Shown here: positions 59,305 through 64,000 of the stretch, piece after piece
Layout of the letters: each line of letters starts with the position of its first letter
How positions within the stretch are numbered: position 1 is the stretch's first letter
Source: a virus
DNA length: 64,000 nucleotides
Strand: one strand, 5' to 3'
Virus record (IMG/VR): IMGVR_UViG_3300033049_000013
Span: 1-64,000 of that record
Program-made: the position numbers and the translations under genes
Notes under the pieces: generated by a model
Databases searched by the model: none
What the model was told of the DNA's origin: nothing
What the model saw: only the letters and a program-made list of their open reading frames with translations

Positions 59305-60072
59305 CTATTTGTCATTATTGACTACGGCTTGAGATGATTGAAATCCGAATTGGTCTTGTATGTCTTTAGCAGCATACATGACAGCGTATTCTAAAATTTC
59401 ATCATGGAAGTCGCTATGAATGTCACAATGAACAATTGAAGAAAAAGAAGGTGCTTGGGTAATTTTATCATCTATGTGGATGTAAGTACCCAAGCACACT
59501 CTATCTGGTATCTTAATGTAACTTAAGTGTACTGCAGTTACATTAAATTGTTGTTCTCCTTTAAAATTAGTTGTATCGAAATAGATACTAAATAAATCTT
59601 GATTTACGTTAGTAGTTAGTGTACTTTTTCCAAAAGTTGCATGAACTCTTCTCCATTCGAAGTTAGGTTCATTAAACGTATTTTTTCTATCGTCTACTTG
59701 CCAACTCTTATAATCTATGGTTTCAATACATTCATCCTTTTTTATAGTAGTTCTAGCAGATGTAAGAAATAGATATGGAAATGCTAAGTCTTTTAATCTA
59801 ACTTCATATATACCATTACCTGAGTTCATAGGAACTAAAGCTGGTTGTACAGGATATTTTACATGTAAACTCATTAAATTACTGATTCTTTCCTGATTGG
59901 TCTCAAATCCTGTTTTCTTAGGATTATCTGTACCATAACGAGCTTTTACAAACTTCTTGATAGCCCTATTTATATAAGCATCTATCTCGTTGTCATAAAA
60001 ATCAGGTCTATCTTGCGAAGCTACACGGTCAATTCTTAATTCAAATTCAAAGTGCATTTCATCTATCAGCAT
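59305..60072 (-). CDS. head-tail ring/adaptor protein (crAss gene 74-like)
   Basis: EMH..F...D...S...P.F...EID..IN.A; GFE..QER...L..L; Y.K.P; H.EI...AV. Confidence 0.75.
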   Translation of the reverse strand: MLIDEMHFEFELRIDRVASQDRPDFYDNEIDAYINRAIKKFVKARYGTDNPKKTGFETNQERISNLMSLHVKYPVQPALVPMNSGNGIYEVRLKDLAFPYLFLTSARTTIKKDECIETIDYKSWQVDDRKNTFNEPNFEWRRVHATFGKSTLTTNVNQDLFSIYFDTTNFKGEQQFNVTAVHLSYIKIPDRVCLGTYIHIDDKITQAPSFSSIVHCDIHSDFHDEILEYAVMYAAKDIQDQFGFQSSQAVVNNDK

Positions 60073-60092
60073 AATAGTTTATTTTAGTTTAT

Positions 60093-61181
60093 CTAGAATC
60101 TAGTTTTTTCACGGTATTGACCTCTTAGTTGTTCTACTTCCTCTTGGTATGCAGGTTCAACTAAAAATTGGCGAACAAATTGGTCTTTTGATTTCCATTC
60201 CCATGCTTCTTTCTTTCCACCATCGCCTGCTGGTTGTGACCAGTAAACTTTGTTATTACGTGAAGTTAAGATACCTGGGATAGATATTAAATCAAACAAT
60301 TCAACATATCCTTCAAATATTTCTCTTGAAACAGGATCTTTCCACAATTCATATACACTCATAAATTGCTCATAATTATCATCGCTAGCTTCTACATAGT
60401 TATTAATAGTAGCATAAGCATCTGATGGAGCAGCAGATAGTGCATGTAAGTCAATTGCTTTACAGAAGTCTATAATAGTTCTATCATTAAGAGACATAAC
60501 CTCTTCAATTCTAGCACCAAATTTATTCTTCTTACGGATGTCAGAAGCTTCTCTTGTTGAACGTTCTTGCTCATCTACAATGTAGTGAGTAGCATCAGGA
60601 TTGTACGATAACTCATCAAATGAATTAGCAACCATTTTATGTGACTTTAGCATGTAGTAGTTAGCTTCATGTATAGGATTATTTAAGTCAAAATAAGTAA
60701 CCCCGTCATTTAATGATACTCTTGATTCAGAACGTTGGTAGAAAGGAGCTTCACTAACTGCCTTAGAGGCAATAGTATCAGACACTTGTCCTGTATAGAA
60801 ACCTCGTTCTTTACCGTGTTTATATTCTAGTAGTTCTTGTCTACGTATTTTTTTATTTTTAAGTACTGCTTCCCATCCTGATCTGTGGATTTCTAACTCT
60901 CTGTACGGATTGTCTACAATTTCATCTAAACCTGTTACTAAACCATTACGTCCTAAAGGCGCACAATATTCAACTATTGTTCCTGGCAAACGTGATAAGT
61001 TTCTAGGTTCTTTCTGTTTTGTATGGTATTTCTTTTTACCATTAGACAAGGTACTGAATTTAGGTTTACCACCAGCTACGTTAAGTACTTCCATTCTTAC
61101 TTTAACTGAGCATTTTTTATTTGGATTAGGTTCCACCTTAATTACATTAGGGCTTGTACTTGCATTAATTATCTTTGGCAT
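60093..61181 (-). CDS. conserved crAss protein downstream of MCP (gene 75-like)
   Basis: TGLDE..NPY, L.DG...FDL.NP and VANS...A.HYI.D..E motifs; synteny. Confidence 0.7.
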   Translation of the reverse strand: MPKIINASTSPNVIKVEPNPNKKCSVKVRMEVLNVAGGKPKFSTLSNGKKKYHTKQKEPRNLSRLPGTIVEYCAPLGRNGLVTGLDEIVDNPYRELEIHRSGWEAVLKNKKIRRQELLEYKHGKERGFYTGQVSDTIASKAVSEAPFYQRSESRVSLNDGVTYFDLNNPIHEANYYMLKSHKMVANSFDELSYNPDATHYIVDEQERSTREASDIRKKNKFGARIEEVMSLNDRTIIDFCKAIDLHALSAAPSDAYATINNYVEASDDNYEQFMSVYELWKDPVSREIFEGYVELFDLISIPGILTSRNNKVYWSQPAGDGGKKEAWEWKSKDQFVRQFLVEPAYQEEVEQLRGQYREKTRF

Positions 61182-61222
61182 ATTTCTTATTATTTATATT
61201 TTCCGAGTTAATAATTTAAAAT

Positions 61223-61258
61223 GGTGGGATGATTACCTTTGGAGTATTTCATCCCACC
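61223..61258 (-). terminator. intrinsic terminator downstream of major capsid gene
   Basis: GGTGGGATGA...TCATCCCACC inverted repeat, followed on the - strand by ATTTT. Confidence 0.75.
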
Positions 61259-61294
61259 TAATATTATTAGTACAACATCTTAATTAGTTAGTTA

Positions 61295-62872
61295 TTAGTC
61301 AATGTTCAAGAATATAGCACCACATCTAGAAACATCGGCGATCATAAGACCTGCAGATTTCTCTTTGATTAGTTTATATCCTGATATTCCCCCTGCAAGT
61401 CCGTATCCACCATCAGTAATAGGTAGTCCTGATTTAGGATCCCATTTACCTCTATGTGAAATTTCGTAATCACAGTATTGTTCTTTAACCATACAAATGT
61501 TAGGGTCACTCATTCCAGTAGCTTGTTGCTTAGTAGTTCCAAAATCTAGAATATCTGCTCTCCATGAATCAATCGTATAGTTAGTGAAAACTGGATGCAT
61601 TTTAGGCTGGAAGAAACGATTATCGTATGATGGGTTAATCATTACTGATACATCCACGATGAATCCTTTATAACTAGCGAAATATGCACCGTAATCCATA
61701 TGATGATAGTCACTTCCTGAACGAATGAAATGTGTATCCAATGTTAAGAAAGTAGACGAATCCGCTTTTACCATTGCATCAAACATTTCTGCAAATTTGA
61801 TACCACAAGATAATACAATTTTTGCATCACCTCTATTTCTTTTATCTTTTAGAATAGCTGTAAACCAGTCATTCAATTGAGATAATGTCATGTTACCATT
61901 ATGTTGTAGTACGTTAGCTGACTCTAATTGCTCACGTAATCCTGAACCAGTAGTAATAGTAAATCCTTCACGAGACTCAATATGAGAAGAACGACGACCT
62001 AATACTAAAGCATCTTCTACATCAGAATAAATTCTGTTATGCATTTCTGCCTCAGCCATAGACATAAAGTTAGTCCATCTTACAGGATTACCTTGCTCAT
62101 CTTGACTCATAAATGGAATACGTAATTGATTAACGTATTGTCCTAAGTTTTCATCACCATATTTTCCTTCATCTGCAACATTCTTAGCTTTACGAGCAGC
62201 TCTATCAGACAATTCAAATTTAACAGCGAATTGACCTAATTGACCTTCTGACTCAAAGATAGTAGCAAATTGGAAACCACCGAAGTCTTGGTTAGACTCG
62301 TTTGCAACCATACTAGAAACTTTACAGAACTCCATGTTTTCGTCAAGTAATTCTGGTGGGAAGAATTCAGCAGGATTATCAGTTACCAATTTTACACGGT
62401 AACGGTATCCGTTTGCACCTTCAATAGCAGGCTCTTCATCCATAACATATAGACGGTATCTGTTATCTTCTCCTTGAATAACATCAGGTAGTTGGAACCA
62501 TGGTTTATCTACTACGATTTCAAATGATTGTAAATTCAATCCTGGTCTAGGGTCGGTATTTACTTTCTTAACTACTCTTAATTTTTGGTACATATCACCT
62601 GATAATCTCCAACGGTAAATATGATTTGTTAGTAACTTCATGTTACCTTTAGCTTCAGTCATCCCTACAAGAGGTTTATCATGATAGATGTCTGTTGCCG
62701 AGAATATTCTCGCATAACCCATATTGATATTATGGGGTTGGTCGATACCGAAAGCTGCATGCAAATGTTGAGATTGCACTTCACCATATACTCCTAATCC
62801 TTGAGTAATACGAGTTGGCTTACGTCCGAATGATACTTGAGAATTTTTAAAATTAGTACCTTGTCCGTTCAT
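61295..62872 (-). CDS. major capsid protein (crAss-like, HK97 fold)
   Basis: 525 aa; YRW.L, G..Y.VKL, TGSGLREQL, G.YF..Y and NP.YD motifs; followed by a strong hairpin and ring genes. Confidence 0.85.
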   Translation of the reverse strand: MNGQGTNFKNSQVSFGRKPTRITQGLGVYGEVQSQHLHAAFGIDQPHNINMGYARIFSATDIYHDKPLVGMTEAKGNMKLLTNHIYRWRLSGDMYQKLRVVKKVNTDPRPGLNLQSFEIVVDKPWFQLPDVIQGEDNRYRLYVMDEEPAIEGANGYRYRVKLVTDNPAEFFPPELLDENMEFCKVSSMVANESNQDFGGFQFATIFESEGQLGQFAVKFELSDRAARKAKNVADEGKYGDENLGQYVNQLRIPFMSQDEQGNPVRWTNFMSMAEAEMHNRIYSDVEDALVLGRRSSHIESREGFTITTGSGLREQLESANVLQHNGNMTLSQLNDWFTAILKDKRNRGDAKIVLSCGIKFAEMFDAMVKADSSTFLTLDTHFIRSGSDYHHMDYGAYFASYKGFIVDVSVMINPSYDNRFFQPKMHPVFTNYTIDSWRADILDFGTTKQQATGMSDPNICMVKEQYCDYEISHRGKWDPKSGLPITDGGYGLAGGISGYKLIKEKSAGLMIADVSRCGAIFLNID

Positions 62873-62914
62873 TATTTAATTTGTTTGTATTTTTTTGTAA
62901 TATTTTTGGTTGTA

Positions 62915-64000
62915 TTAAAACCAACCTTTCTTAACATCAACTACTCTAGGTTTCTTAGTTGTATTTGGATTGACAACATTATTTCTATTTCTAGTACCCT
63001 TAGAGTTGTTACTCTTGCTTTCTAATCTCTGTACTATCTTAGATAATGTATTCTGTGAAAGTTGTTCAGGTTGTTCTGAACCTCCTACAAAATTACCTAA
63101 GTCCAAATCAAATTTAGATGTAAAATCTAAGAATTGTTGAAATAGTTCAGGATTATTTAATATAATTTCTTGTTTATATTGCCATAGTGGAACATATGAA
63201 CCATCTTCTAATTGAATAGGAACAGCTTCATCTACTATAGCTACTTTCTTAGCTGGTGACCAATCACGGCTATCTAGTAAATTACGAAATTCATTATCCC
63301 ATAGTTCTTGTTCTATTGAATCTTGCTCTGCTAGATATTGCTCTTCTTGCATTAACTGCATTACTCTAGCTTCTTCTACATCGGCTTCTTTATTAGCTCG
63401 TTCTACAAAGAACCTTTTAGCTAACTCAGCTTCTTCTTTTAACTTTAGATCCTCAGATAGTTTTTTAATCTCAGTAGGTATATTAGATATAATCTTTCTA
63501 TCTCTACTATCTGCTTGATTTAAACCATCACTATAGTATAGTCGTACTATAGCTTTCTGAGCCTTCTCTGAACCTGTATTATAAGTAGAGAAATCAAATA
63601 CCTTTTTAAGGGTAGTTTGCATCTTAGGTAAATCAGCAAAGCTTGAACCATAATATCCGTAATCAAGTAGTCTACTCATTAACGGGTCATGGGCAACTTG
63701 CGCTCTAACATAATCTAACGCTTCGTTTCTTTGCTGGTCTAGAGTCTCCATCTTATACATTTCCAATGTATTTACATCTAACTTAGAGTAGTCAACATTC
63801 TCAGGTAAACGTATAAAATCAAAATCTTCTAGTGTTTTGAATGCCAAAATATAAGGGTCTTCAGCGGCTTGTGGGTTATTATCTACTAATTGTTGTTGTG
63901 ACCCTGGTGCTTGCTGCTGGTTATATTGATTCGAACCTTGTTGTGGCGTTTGTGTTCCACTGTCTCGGACAGGAGCTAAAAGACTCGTATCTTGTCCAAC
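62915..64000 (-). CDS. acidic protein upstream of MCP (scaffold-like, crAss gene 77-like); 5'-truncated by the window edge
   Basis: The frame stays open for 51 codons upstream of the track start 63847 to the edge (Q/P-rich); acidic and helical; position before MCP. Confidence 0.65.
   Translation of the reverse strand, partial: VGQDTSLLAPVRDSGTQTPQQGSNQYNQQQAPGSQQQLVDNNPQAAEDPYILAFKTLEDFDFIRLPENVDYSKLDVNTLEMYKMETLDQQRNEALDYVRAQVAHDPLMSRLLDYGYYGSSFADLPKMQTTLKKVFDFSTYNTGSEKAQKAIVRLYYSDGLNQADSRDRKIISNIPTEIKKLSEDLKLKEEAELAKRFFVERANKEADVEEARVMQLMQEEQYLAEQDSIEQELWDNEFRNLLDSRDWSPAKKVAIVDEAVPIQLEDGSYVPLWQYKQEIILNNPELFQQFLDFTSKFDLDLGNFVGGSEQPEQLSQNTLSKIVQRLESKSNNSKGTRNRNNVVNPNTTKKPRVVDVKKGWF

Noticed and set aside
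4381-63025. Numerous 60-143 aa track ORFs antisense to or nested in large genes
   Set aside because: They are shadow frames of long coding genes, with Ser/Leu-biased composition and no motifs.
1-64000. Stop-codon reassignment (TAG/TGA), known in some crAss-like phages
   Set aside because: ORFs up to 14 kb are intact in the standard code, gene packing is tight, and TAG terminates several genes right before the next gene or intergenic signal.
1-64000. tRNA or other structured RNA genes
   Set aside because: Intergenic gaps are short (at most about 130 bp) and contain only terminator-like hairpins; no cloverleaf was recognised by eye.

Overview
AT-rich fragment of a crAss-like (Crassvirales-type) phage genome, probably infecting Bacteroidota, in the standard genetic code. 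The + strand (1-25534) carries the end of a replication/nucleotide-metabolism block: 5'-3' exonuclease, HAD nucleotidase, dUTPase and an HNH-type nuclease. Two giant virion-cargo genes follow. One is a 4688-aa virion RNA polymerase (DFDID motif) with an N-terminal zincin and a C-terminal ASCH-like/SLOG/AlkB/NADAR/macro-like cassette. The other is a 2541-aa protein with a PD-(D/E)xK nuclease. The - strand (64000-25571) carries the structural module: scaffold-like gene, major capsid protein, ring/auxiliary capsid/tail-hub genes, fibre genes, holin, IHF-like protein, muzzle (tail stabilisation) protein and cargo proteins, ending in a 2566-aa zincin protein. Main observations: (1) a canonical -1 frameshift signal (A-AAA-AAG plus hairpin) that would fuse two cargo ORFs into 932 aa; (2) the RNAP carries a tandem set of putative nucleic-acid repair/anti-defence domains; (3) the three giant cargo proteins appear Cys-free except for terminal cysteines that would allow a head-to-tail chain; (4) a recurrent [KR]-[YFM]-Q-x-GG tag in the smaller cargo proteins; (5) the RNAP block is inverted relative to the structural module. 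All assignments come from motif reading and synteny by eye; no searches were run.
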